Positions 13,801 through 25,175 of a stretch of 64,000 nt of DNA are shown piece after piece. Both the position numbers and the translations under genes were made by a program. Numbering within the stretch: the first letter of the stretch is position 1; every line of letters begins with the position of its first letter. The DNA lies in contig JAWMAR010000079.1 in assembly GCA_036785375.1 (NCBI GenBank), positions 930,001 to 994,000 on the forward strand, in the 5' to 3' direction. Origin of the DNA: Leucoraja ocellata. Taxonomy: Eukaryota. The notes beneath the pieces are model-generated. The model was not told the DNA's origin, did not search any database, and worked only from the letters and a program-made list of their open reading frames with translations.

Positions 13801-14060
13801 CTTAGTCAAACATAAATTATTTAATTTACTTACAACTATAAATTCACAGTTGCATACAATAAACTTTGTATTGCTGTAACATGTTAATCAGCTATTGAAC
13901 CTACATATTAAAATACGTTAGGAGCAAATGTGCAATATAAAACCATAGAGCACAGAGAAGACCATTCAATCCATTGTATATGCTCTGAACATTTGATGAA
14001 GCTTAGCATCAGCCCACTCTCCAGCTCTTTGCACAAGGCCTTACAAATTTCTTCTGTATA

Positions 14061-14363
14061 CTTTACTTTTGGACTTTAGAGATACAGTGCAGAAACAGGC
14101 TATTCGGCCCAACAATTCCCTGCCAACCAGCGATTACCCCGTACATGAGCAACATCCTACAAACTAGGGACAAATTACAGAAGCCAATCAACCTACAAAC
14201 CTGTACGTCTTTAGAGTGTGGGGAGGAAACCACATCACCCGAAGGAAACCCACGGGGTCACAGGGAGAACGTACAGACTCCGTACATACAGCACCTGTAG
14301 TCAGGATCGAACCCGGGTCTCTGGTCCTGTAAGGCAGCAACTCTACCGTTGCGACACGGTGCC
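14061..14363 (-). mobile_element. HE1-like V-SINE
   Basis: Full-length reverse copy. Confidence 0.9.
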
Positions 14364-14576
14364 TCTCTGTTTCTTTTGAAAGTTCTTAATTAATTTGCTT
14401 CCTTCTGCCTTTCAAGCAATACCTTTCAGGTTATAAAGGACAGCATAAAAACATCTAAATCTCCCTTTGGATCTTGTCCCATTATTTCAAAATAAACATT
14501 TATAATATTTGTAATTCCTAACTCATTTCACTTGAAATAAATTAACGTGCAATCAGCTCTGAGTTTTCAACCTTAC

Positions 14577-14717
14577 CTATCCGGTTGAAATGGTAAATTG
14601 AGCACTTTTTCACTATAAACAGAACTAGTAAGGTCATCCTCATCGACGCCAGTGGGAGCTCTCAAAGAGTCATTATTAGAACCTTTACTGGTGCACAGCA
14701 AGTCATCAGGATGTTCT
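14577..14717 (-). CDS. SPG11: Spatacsin exon 5 (141 nt)
   Basis: ttacag| acceptor, AG|GTAAGG donor; EHPDDLLC...APTGVDEDDLTSSVYS...FQPDR resembles human QHPGHLLC...GPKGVDEDDPVNSAY...FQIDR. Confidence 0.93.
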
Positions 14718-14812
14718 CTGTAAGAAGAATAACACAACATGATATTTCACATATAAATATATCCTCAATTTTTAATGAACCTCCACTAAAGTAGAAGATC
14801 TTTAAACTATCG

Positions 14813-14884
14813 TTTTAATCACCAGTGAACCTTTAATATTATCCTCGACTGAGGATAATATTAAAGGTTCACTGGTGATTAAAA
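14813..14884. repeat. Perfect 34-bp inverted repeat with 4-nt spacer
   Basis: ttttaatcaccagtgaacctttaatattatcctc-gact-gaggataatattaaaggttcactggtgattaaaa. Confidence 0.97.
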
Positions 14885-14984
14885 TGTGATTTCAAAATTG
14901 TCATGCATTATTTCATCTCTGTAAAAGCGCACAATGGCTACTGTAATTATAATGTAAAGCACAACAGATTACAATCTACTGCAA

Positions 14985-15210
14985 ACCCTCTGACTCCCAG
15001 TTATCTTGACTACACCTCCTCATTCTTGCCTCTTGCAAGGATACCATCTATCCCTTGCAATTTCTCCATCTCCACCACATCTGTTGAGGCATTCCATTCT
15101 AGCACATCCGAGAACCTCTCCTTACCCGACGTGCGTTTTATCTCCTTTACATCTCTAGTCTTTGTCCACCCATCTGTCAATCAAATCCCCATCTACCTGT
15201 GACTTGCCAG
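14985..15210 (+). mobile_element. Penelope-like fragment
   Basis: SYLDYTSS motif followed by decayed sequence typical of the same family. Confidence 0.55.
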
Positions 15211-15540
15211 ACTCAAACTTCCATTTGGAGTCTAATACCCAAGGGGCAAAAGTGTCAAGTGAAGCATTCCAGTAGTGTCAAGTGAAGAGTCCTACTAAAG
15301 TCAACATTTAGCTCCAGATGAAAAAAAAAACAGGCATCAGTTGACATGGGGCACTAATAGACAGGAGTGAAAGGAATCATGTTATGATGCCAGAAGCAGT
15401 ATTTACAGAGGATAGAATTGAAGTATCTTCTCGTGTGATACATTTCTCACATTCTATTATTTTGTGAAGCAACTTGATGAATAGTGATGGATATTCTGAT
15501 GATTTCTACCTTGATAGTAAAAATATAAAAACTAATATAC

Positions 15541-15739
15541 CTGAAAAAATTATTCAAGCTGACACAAATAGCATGGTTAAAGCAGTTCACAGCCACAGCA
15601 ACATCCAAGTCAGGCGATAACCCAAGTCTGGTTAGACAGGTTAAGTCACAGGCATCATGAGCATCTTCGCACACTCCCATCTGGCAGAGTGCAAGATTAA
15701 CATTCCCAAGCTGTTTGCCATCTACAGTATCATAAATAT
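15541..15739 (-). CDS. SPG11: Spatacsin exon 4 (199 nt)
   Basis: YIYDTVDGKQLGNVNLAL...LGLSPDLDVAVAVNCFNHAICVSLNNFFR resembles human YIFDVVDG...VSQDLDVAVIVSSSNSAVALNLNLYFR; donor AG|GTATAT. Confidence 0.95.
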
Positions 15740-17810
15740 CTGAAAAAGCATAATATTAAGGAATTTTATAACAATGGATAAACAGGTACTAAACTCAGCA
15801 TTGGCTTCAATCTGGCAAATCTGTGTTTGGATCCAGTAAATCGGGATGTTTTGGGCCAGCACCCAAAATATTAGCATAAAAATCTCAGTTGTAAAAATCC
15901 AGCTGGTTCACTGAAAGAAACCACGGCTTTCATGACTCTCATGGGTTTGGCCGACACATACCTCCAATCTCATGTGAAAGACTTCACACCTCACAAGCCA
16001 CTCAGTTGCCAGAATAACAAAACTGATCTGGACAAGTGCCACATAGATCCGCTGCAAATTCAAAGCACAGCTGTTAATTTGTGCGGGATTGCTGCCTTTG
16101 CAGCTTAGCTTTTACCTATATAATATTCATAGGTGTGTGTATGAATCAGGTTTCAATATTCTGAGCAGAACATGTTTTGTTTTACAATCACAAGATAACC
16201 AAGGCAGCTCTGCCACTCAAAGATCATAAAACACAAAGTATGGTTATACTTTATATATCAGTTGATTAGCAAAGAGGAGCAAAATAATACTTGATAAAGC
16301 TTTTCCTGTTTTCCTTTCCTGCTACTTTAGTGCATCTATGAGTAGGTTCCATTGCCTTTCATGCTTGGCGAATTAGGTGCCTCGTCTGTCTTTCAAATGT
16401 TCATACGAAAATCTGTTTTTAGGTCTATTTCCTCCAAGTGATAAGCTAAACATAAGGCAGCAGCGTAGGCAATGAGATCCTCATTCTATAATTAACTCTC
16501 CCAAGTCAAATGTAATTGGGAGAAAAAAAAGTAATGTTGGGCAGAGGTGAAGCAAGATTCCCGAAAGGTAAATATAAGCAAACTTGAAACTATCATCCAC
16601 AGTACCTTGGAGCTATGGAGAAAAATAAACCGTCAGAAATTAAGTTTGGAGAATGGCAATTAATCTTTTTAAACTAACAATCAACAGACAATTTTTTCAA
16701 AATTAATGTGCATAAAGATGTACTGTGATATGCTGTTCTTTCAACTCTGCCATTCAAATTCCTTTTAGCAAACCAAGACAAGTCAAGTTTACAGGTCATT
16801 ACTAAAAATACGGTGAGGTACAGGTACAATATCTTGCTTGCAGCAGCATCACAGGCACATAGGAAAGTAGATGTTACTGAGCCTGGTGGGATGTAACCTT
16901 TTAGTTTAGTTTAATTTAGTTTAGAGATATGATGCGGTAACAGGCCCTTTGGCCCACCGAGTCCGTGCCGACCAGAGATCCCCCATATAGTAGCAGTATC
17001 CAACACACACTAGGGACAATTTACAATTTTTACAAAGCCAATTAATTTACAAACCTATACATCTCCGGAATGTGGGAGGAAACCCCCATTCCCACGAGGT
17101 CACAGGGAGAATGTACCAACTGTTTACAGATAGCACCCAGAGCCAGGGTCGAACCCAGGTCTCTGGCACTGTAAGGTAGCAACTCTACCGCTATGTCACC
17201 GTGCTGCCCAAACTTAAAGCTTCTGGACCTCCTGCCCGATTACACATTTAATTACAACCTAATTAAAACCAAATTATAGTCTTAATTTAAAAAAATATAG
17301 ATATTTTATTAAATGCATCTAAACACTGGGGTGAAAGCAGCAATACTCAAGACCCATTGCATCTGAGTGTTCTGACGATAAATAGAAATCTTTCACTGAC
17401 CGTTTCATTTCAACTGAAAGCACGCTACTCCCACTCTGTTGGAATCTATAACCAAGCTAAAAACCCCATTCAATGAATACCAGTGAAAGTAAATACCAAT
17501 AAAGCAATTGATGCGCTGAAGCCGGTGAGTGCAATTGAAAACTGGATAATTAAATTTTTGAATTTTTTTTTTTTTATAAATCACCTTGTTAGATTTATCA
17601 ACATTGAAATCCCAAATGCGTTTTCAACAATTTCTCTTTGTCTGTACATCATCCACTATGATCCAAGATGACTGATTACATTTCTGCTCCAAGAGTACTC
17701 CTTCTCTATAGTGAAAGAGGACTTGCAGCTCATATATTAAAGACTCAAAGCAGATCGGCTTTAGTTTGTCCAGTGGTTTGCATTAAGTTGTTCAAAACTA
17801 CAAAGGATAC
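15740..17810 (-). other. SPG11: U12-type (minor spliceosome) GT-AG intron 3 of SPG11
   Basis: 5'ss GTATCCTTTG (17810-17801); branch point TTCCTTAAT (15763-15755) about 15 nt before the cag acceptor; junction T|AT gives the Tyr of the conserved GWIY motif. Confidence 0.9.
16899..17209 (-). mobile_element. HE1-like V-SINE with (TAAAC)n tail
   Basis: Full-length reverse copy. Confidence 0.9.
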
Positions 17811-18038
17811 AAATCCAGCCTGCGCTGTCCAATAGGAAAAGCATTTCCTGGCAAATCTGTCCATCCGTTATTCTCCCAGAGGCCTCAGGAGACAGACAAA
17901 GTTTAAAGCCATCGAATATATCTGCTTCAGAAGCGCCTTCCAACCAATACAGGTGAAGCAAGGTGCAATTATTGAGCAGTATGAAGGATGTGCTATTTTT
18001 AAACGATAGAATCTTCATAGTGAAGTTTGATTGTAGAC
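17811..18038 (-). CDS. SPG11: Spatacsin exon 3 (228 nt)
   Basis: tttacag| acceptor; KILSFKNSTSFILLNNCTLLHL...QICQEMLFLLDSAGWI resembles human RILSFHNNTS...QLCRGILFVLSSLGWI; donor T|GTATCCTTTG. Confidence 0.95.
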
Positions 18039-18279
18039 CTGTAAATCAAAACCATTTTAGTTTGTACGCATCTGAAGAACTTGCAAAATGTTTTAATTCA
18101 AATTTATGCAAGGTCACTAAGACTATGGCAAAAAAAGAGAAATCTTAAAACTGATTAGAAATGCTCGATTAAACCAACACCTATTTTCCAAGAAACTGTA
18201 AGAGAGAATTGAAAGCTAATTAGCACAACATCTGCAACAAAAAATGCTAGAATCCATTGTTCATTGTTAAGGATATGTT

Positions 18280-19520
18280 GATTTAACACTAGTTAAATAA
18301 AATAAAGCGTTGTTTTGAGGATCCATCTGGTAGAATAGATTTTAGGGAGTTTTAGAGGAATTCAATACGGTGTTGTAGAAGAGCTTGTCGCACAACATGC
18401 AAGACTCATGAGACTGGGAGTGAGATATTAACTTGGATTGAGGAATGGTTACGAAACAAAAGACGGGTCTTCTCCAGAACTATGAATGTTGGTAAATCTC
18501 ACGGGCCTGATCAGATTAATCCAAGGACACTGTGAGAAGTTAGAGAATTGCAGGAATCCTGGCTGAGATATATGAATCATCGTTAGACATGAGTGAGATG
18601 CCAGAAGACTGAAGCGTGGCTAATGTTGTACCTCTATTTTAAGAAGATCTGCAAAGAAATCCAATACCTGGGGTAGGAAAGTTACTGGAGAAGATTTTGA
18701 AAATATACATGAATTTGGAAAGACAGGAGTTGATGGTGGATAGTCAGGATGGTTTTGTGCATGTGAGATCGTCTCACGAATTTGATTGAGATTGTTGAAG
18801 AAGTAAACAAGAAAGTTGATGAGTGCAAGGGCATAGAGACTATATGGAATTCAGCAAGACCTTAGGTTCCGTATGGTAGGCTGCTCTGGAAGTTTAGATC
18901 TTATGGGATTCAGGGAAAGCAAGCGAACTACATGCAAACTTGGCTTAATGGACGGAAGCAGTTGGTGATGACGGTGGATGGTTGTTAGTGGTTGACTGGA
19001 GGCCTGTGACGAGTGGTGTGCCTCAAGGATCAGTGATGAGTCCATTGCGGTTTGTCATCTATATCAACGATTAGGATGAGAATGTACAAGGCATAGTTAG
19101 TAAATTTGCAGACGACATTAAAATACGTGGTAAAATTGAATGATTGTCAAAATTTTGATCAGCTGGGCAAGTGGGCTGAGGAAAGGCAAATTGAGTTTAA
19201 TTCAGATATGTGTGAGGGGTTGCATTTTGGGAAGTTAAATGAGGACAGAACCTTCACACTGTATGGTAAAGCCCTGGGGAATGTTGTAGAGGCCAAGCAC
19301 GTAGTTTCCTGAAGTAGCATCACAGGTACATACAATGGTGAAGAAGATTTTTGGCACACTTGCCTTCATTAGTCAGGGAATTGAATATAGATGTTGGAAC
19401 GTTATGTTACATTTGTACAGGATATTGGTGAGGCCACACTTGGAGTGTTGTGTTCAGTTTTGATCACCCAGCTGTAGAAAATAGGCCATTAAGCTGGATA
19501 AAGTGCAGAACGAGGATGTT
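18280..19520 (+). mobile_element. Decayed CR1 reverse transcriptase region
   Basis: gtgacgagtggtgtgcctcaaggatc (VTSGVPQG), aaatttgcagacgac (KFADD), gtgaggccacacttggag (VRPHLE); stops and frameshifts. Confidence 0.85.
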
Positions 19521-19786
19521 TTACCAAATGATTTTGACAATGTGTTCAGGGAACCACCAACTCTTTCTCCAGCAGAGCTTCCAGGATATTCTGAGCCGAC
19601 TACTGCCTATTGGACGTGGTCAAAGGTTATTCTCCCACTGCAACTATGTTCTCTGGTTATCAACCTTTCTACTATTGGAAAACATATTTACGTAGCAACA
19701 TTCCTGCATATCATGGCACACAACCACCTCCTAATGCTATTTTGATCAATGCGATTTTCTTTAACAAACACAGTCGTATCACTCAC

Positions 19787-19971
19787 TCAGGTTTTTGTTT
19801 TCCACCAGTTTCTGCAGTGCCTCCTCACTACAGCTGTGAGTGTTGGTAACGTCACAGATGCCATCCTGGACACAGTACTCGTAGATCCCCAAATCGTTGC
19901 GGTTAGTCAGAGCAAGAAGACGTCCCCTGTTGGGCGAAGTCTGCAAATTCTCCGTTGTTTCCCAAACAAAG
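19787..19971 (-). CDS. SPG11: Spatacsin exon 2 (185 nt)
   Basis: cag|C acceptor, A|GTGAGT donor; FVWETTENLQTSPNRGRLLALTNRNDLGIYEYCVQDGICDVT...SCSEEALQKL resembles human FLWEDS...KLLALGENYELLIYEFNLKDGRCDAT..SCSREALQKL (recalled). Confidence 0.95.
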
Positions 19972-21019
19972 CTGCCAAACATAAATATCGCAAGCAGAGA
20001 AAATACATCAGCTAGAGGAGCAGAAACACATCAAACCCCTAATGCTTACACCATCTGTGGTTACACCAGACAGCCATTCGTACCAGGAAACTGGCAATAG
20101 TTGAGCAGAGACTTTTTGCAGCATTTAGGCTATGTCAGTGATATACACAAGGTTTCACAATATTTCAAGCAGTCTCATCGGTTAGCACCTCATTAGGGCA
20201 TGATTAGCTGAATGGAAGCTATTTCTATACTTAATTACTACAATCAAAATCAAGTTTTAATATAAGAAAGAACAATTACAAACACTGGAGGGAGAAGAAA
20301 CTACTGGAACAAACAAAAAGTAGAATGTAGGACTTTTGAGTTTAATACATTGTGGGAGCTCGTTCATTGGCAAGGGTGTCAATATTTTAATGTTCTTAAC
20401 CCAAGGATAGCCTGCATTCTGCTTCAGCTAGCTTATGATGTTTATTTGTAATACATTTAAATAAAAGATAATGGCACAGGAGTTGCGTGCATGCAAAAAT
20501 ATATACTATAAGCTTGTTCTGCACTGTTGTACTGATTCAATTTATCACAATTGCAAAACCATAAAACAACTGACATTCTAAGCATTCTCTCTATGTAATT
20601 TTTTTTTAATCTTACAAGATGCGCTCACATCTTGCCCTTAAACAGTAATAAAACCTCACAAGAAACCTTAGAGATGAGCAAAATAGCCAGGTGCAGAGCT
20701 GTTGGGGAGAAAGGACTGTGAACAGTGACCTAAATGGGGTCAGATAGGACGAAATAGTGGACGAGAAATAACCAGAGAAATTATTTTGGTGTCACTGCAG
20801 ACTGCACGTTAGAATCTAGAGCATAAAACAAACTGCTGGTGGAACACATGGTGTCGAGTAGCATTCACAGTGGGAAATGAGCAATTGATTTTTAGGTTGA
20901 GACTCTTCCTCTTGTAAAGTAGACTAGCTTAGATGAGCATATGATGAGCATGAGAGGTTGGGCCATGGAACCTTTTCACTGCTGTACGACTATGATTCTA
21001 TTATCTGGATTGTGATGGT

Positions 21020-21564
21020 TTTATTGAAAGGAAACATATGGTATGCTTGCCATAATCGGGCCAGGCATTGATTAGAAGAGTCAGGATGCCACAATACAGC
21101 TTTAAAAAAACTTTTTTTAGGTTCAGCTGCATTTGGAGTATTATGTGCAGTTTTGGTCACCTCATTAAGGAAGGATGTGGAGGGTGCAGACGAGGTTTAC
21201 CAGAATACTGATCAGAAGGTACTAGCTATAGGAGAGGTTGGATTGCTTCTACTGGAGTCTTGGAGGTTGAGGAGAGACCTCACAGAAACATATAACATTG
21301 TGTGAGGCATACAATAGGTGGAAGCCTAGACTAAAGGGCATGAGGGAGAATGATTAAAGGAGATAGCTGCACAGGATGTGAAGGTGGCTCGAACATGCTG
21401 CAAGGGAGGTAGTGGTAGCAGATGTGACAGTTGCAATTACGTGGCTTTTAGATGGATATGAACAGAATGAAGGGATATGGATTATGTGCAGGCAGAGCAG
21501 ATTAGTTTAATGGCATCGTATTCTGGGCAATGGGGCCTGTTCATATGCTGCTCTAAGTTCTATT
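21020..21564 (+). mobile_element. Older CR1 3' fragment, tail-to-tail with the young copy
   Basis: Decayed ggagtattatgtgcagttttggtc ... gggcctgttcatatgctg. Confidence 0.75.
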
Positions 21565-22172
21565 TAGAAACATAGAAATTAGGTGCAGGAGTAGGCCATT
21601 CGGCCCTTCGAGCCTGCACCGCCATTCAATATGATCATGGCTGATCATTCAACTCAGTATCCCGTACCTGCCTTCTCTCCATACCCCCTGATCCCCTTAG
21701 CCACAAGGGCCACATCTAACTCCCTCTTAAATATAGCCAATGAACTGGCCTCAACTACCCTCTGTGGCAGAGAGTTCCAGAGATTCACCACTCTCTGTGT
21801 GAAAAAAGTTCTTCTCATCTCGGTTTTAAAGGATTTCCCCCTTATCCTTAAGCTGTGACCCCTTGTCCTGGACTTCCCTAACATCGGGAACAATCTTCCT
21901 GCATCTAGCCTGTCCAACCCCTTAAGAATTTTGTAAGTTTCTATAAGATCCCCTCTCAATCTCCTAAATTCTAGAGAGTATAAACCAAGTCTATCCAGTC
22001 TTTCTTCATAAGACAGTCCTGACATCCCAGGAATCAGTCTGGTGAACCGTCTCTGCACTCCCTCTATGGCAATAATGTCCTTCCTCAGATTTGGAGACCA
22101 AAACTGTACGCAATACTCCAGGTGTGGTCTCACCAAGACCCTGTACAACTGCAGTAGAACCTCCCTGCTCCT
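21565..22172 (-). mobile_element. Young, 5'-truncated CR1 LINE (ORF2 C-terminus open at 21654-22148, plus 3' UTR and tail)
   Basis: YRVLVRPHLEYCVQFWSP...LRGDLIETYKIL...FFTQRVVNLWNSLP; ends in ttctatgtttcta. Confidence 0.95.
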
Positions 22173-22729
22173 ATATGAAAGCTAACATACCATTCGCAAC
22201 ATACACCAAAATTTGGGTGTATATATTGAACAATCATTGTAAAACAGTAATTAATTTAGCAAACTGCAATTCCCCCAATTGTACAGCACAAGGTTTCCAT
22301 GGACAGGCAGAAGATGCTGGAGGTTCTGACTCTCTTGCCACCTGTGGAGTGTTAATGTTAAAGGTGGTTGATGCATTTTTGAGAGTCAGAGGTGTCCAAG
22401 GGGGGGTGACAAGCATGTGGATTGATGGCACAGAACCACTCAGGTCAAGGGCAGGCGGTGAGTGCCGGAGGTCACGAGAGTCCGCGTGATTGCCAGAGGA
22501 AGACGGGCCCGAATGAGTGACTGACACACCGTTGAGAACAAAGAGGGTGCTGGAGTTGGGGGTCATCGAGAACAAGGGGGTACCATTGGGTCTACTTTAT
22601 AACTTTGTCGGGGGCCCTATATGTGGCGACTCTTTGCATACTTGTGACTGCAAAACAAAGAATCTCACTGTGCCAGGTCACATGTGATAATCAAGTCTCA
22701 TTCCGATCCAGACCATGAGTTCATTGAGT

Positions 22730-23240
22730 GGGAGAGGTCACGTGACTGGTGATTTCGCCCCCGGGACTACAACTACCAGAATGCCGAGTTCTGTGGCCAC
22801 GTGACGCCCTCGGGCCTAGTGCTGCCCCACCCACCGACTCACTCGGTAAACTCCCCGCCCGCAGCAGCCACCGTCCTCCGGCAGAAGCGGCCGGCGTCCT
22901 TGCACAAGGCGGTGAAGCATAGGCCGCTGCTCTGCCCCTCGCCCGGCCGCCACAGCCCGCACAGCGCCCGGCAACAGCCCACAGCTCTGGGCCGCGACAG
23001 GCCCTTGGCGTCCCTCCACTCGGGCGAGGCGTCCAGCAGCACCTCCTGGACCTTGGCTCCCGTCTCCATGGCGCGGCGCGGCCCGGGGCCCGACTGTTTA
23101 CGGGAGGCCCGGAAACAACTGCCGCCACAACCTAACCTGATGCCAGTGGCTGACTGACAGCCACGTTAACCTATCACCTGCATGGAGCTGGGGGTACGCT
23201 CCGTCAGTCGGCCAATCAGTGAGCAAGGGGCGGGATGAAC
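22730..23240 (-). promoter_or_regulatory. CpG-island promoter of SPG11
   Basis: Sharp GC/CpG-rich island in an AT-rich background covering exon 1; CCAAT box (ggccaatcag, about 23210), GC box (ggggcggg, about 23227), ETS-like ccggaa, E-boxes at 22737 and 22796. Confidence 0.8.
22843..23069 (-). CDS. SPG11: Spatacsin coding exon 1 (ATG at 23069; 227 nt, ends phase 2)
   Basis: gccATGG Kozak start inside a CpG island; METGAKVQEVLL...GGEFT; donor GA|GTGAGT; frame joins exon 2. The N-terminus is divergent from human, so the call rests on frame and position. Confidence 0.85.
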
Positions 23241-24989
23241 AACATCAAGCTTGGTTGAGTCGAAAGCAAAGTCAGGCAGAAGCAATCAATATCACATAAC
23301 GAGAATCGTGGATATCCCAACAGAAGGCGTTCTGTCCATCGCATCCATGCGCGTTTCATGAATGAGTTACCTAATATTTTCTCAAAGACCTGCAAACGTT
23401 GTACCTTCAAATATTTGTCCAATGCATGATTCATTAACCGTGCAATGGTTAAAATTCTTGCCTGTACTGATACTAGATGGGAGTGAAAGAATAAAGCCTT
23501 ACTAGTCTTTTTGTGAATCATAAACTGGGACAACCCCCCTTCACCCAGATTACTTTGTAGCTCATAATCCTGCACTCACCACTTAGTTTAGAGATACAGC
23601 TTGGATACAAGTCCTTCAGCCCACCATATCCATGCCAACCATTGGTCACCATTCACACCAGTTCCATATTATGCCACATTTGCATCTGCAGCCTCCACAC
23701 TCGGATCAATTTTACAGTTTCAAACTAACCTACAAACCCACAAGTCTTTGGGATTAGGAGGAAACCAGAGCACCCAGAGGAAACGAACAGAACATCAATG
23801 GCACTGTTGCCAATGTCATATCTCCCACCATGTTTTGTCCACTCATCACTACTGTGCCTGCTGGCGGTTCCCCACTCAGTCAATCCTCGGTATCACTGAC
23901 CGACACCTTCAGCATCAATGGCAAAGGCCAGACTGATTCAGTATAATTTACAATGTGTGGGAATGAGCTGCCTTAAAGGAAGTTTGGCTCAACACAATCC
24001 ATAATCGCTTCCTTCAGTCAATCACACGGAAAAAGGCCCTTCGGCCTCTTGCCTTTGCCGACCAAGAGGTCCCATCCATGCCAGTCCCACCTGCCCCATA
24101 TCCCTCCAAACCTTTCTCATCCATGTACCAGTCCAAAGGTCTTCCAAGTTTTGTTTTAATTTCTGCCTCAACTACCTCCTCTGACAACTCATTGGATATA
24201 CCCACCCTCTATGTGAAAAAAGGTGCCCCTCAGGTTCCTCTTAAGTTTCCTTGATCACCCTGCGTCCTAGTGTGCCCAGCCTCTCCCTATAGCTCAGTGC
24301 AGTATGACCATTAGGTGGGACTAGTATAAATGTGGAATATTGGTCAGTATGGGCAAAATGGGCCAGTTTCCATGCTGTATAACTATGACACAGGCCTGCA
24401 AGTGCTGGTAAAATCCGCACAAATCTCTGCGCTCTTTCCAGCTTAAAGACATTGAAATATATATTTTTTTCCTGCCAACATGGACAAGATGAAAAATCTG
24501 TGCAATTATACTGCTCTCTTGAGGCATGCTCAGTTGTACTATTGTTCCCAATATTCGAAGATGTTTCCCCCATCATCAACACCATGTGCATTGCCATTGA
24601 CTAAAATTTCAAAAGACTAGCCCCATTTCATCTGTCTTAGATGGGTGACATCTTGCATTCAAACAGTGACCCTTGATTCCTGACAAGAGGAAACATTCTC
24701 TCCCTGTCCACCATATACATATCCCTTAGGATCTCTTGTGTTTAAAACAAGACACAAAGTGCTGGAGTAACTCAGCAAGTCAGGCAGCATCTCTGGAGAA
24801 AAGGAATAGATGGTGGTTTGGGTCGCGACCCTTCTTAAGACTATCCTTCTAGAGAAATTTGGAAACAAAAAATCAATGCATCAACTGCCCCACTAGCCAC
24901 TTCTTTACAGACCCTGGGATGGTCCATCAGGACTTGGAAAATTGTCATCACAACACCTCCAGTTGCGTCTGTACTCGATGTGTCAGGGC

Positions 24990-25051
24990 TGGCAGACCCG
25001 GAAGTTTAGCTTGTAGCAGTCTTGCAGCTGCGGCAGCGTAATGGCTGAAGG
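24990..25051 (+). promoter_or_regulatory. CIAO2A core promoter / 5' UTR with ETS (GABPA-type) site and upstream ATG
   Basis: CCGGAAGT at 24998-25005, about 50 nt upstream of the ATG; out-of-frame ATG at 25041. Confidence 0.55.
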
Positions 25052-25175
25052 ATGGAAATAGTCTCTGGGCTTGCGTCCTTTGCCCTGGCAAAGTTCCTCT
25101 TTCTTTCGCGGCTATCAATTAAAGAAGATGCGGAGAAAATCAGAAAAATGGAAGAGAAATCGCTAGAAGTCTATG
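25052..25175 (+). CDS. CIAO2A: Cytosolic iron-sulfur assembly component 2A, exon 1 (124 nt)
   Basis: MEIVSGLASFALAKFLFLS...MEEKSLEVY resembles human MQRVSGLLSWTLSRVLWLS...MEEKALEVY; donor G|GTAAGG. Confidence 0.95.

Noticed and set aside
22721-23157. Several overlapping ORFs around SPG11 exon 1
   Set aside because: Expected in a stop-poor CpG island; only the 23069 frame splices in phase to exon 2
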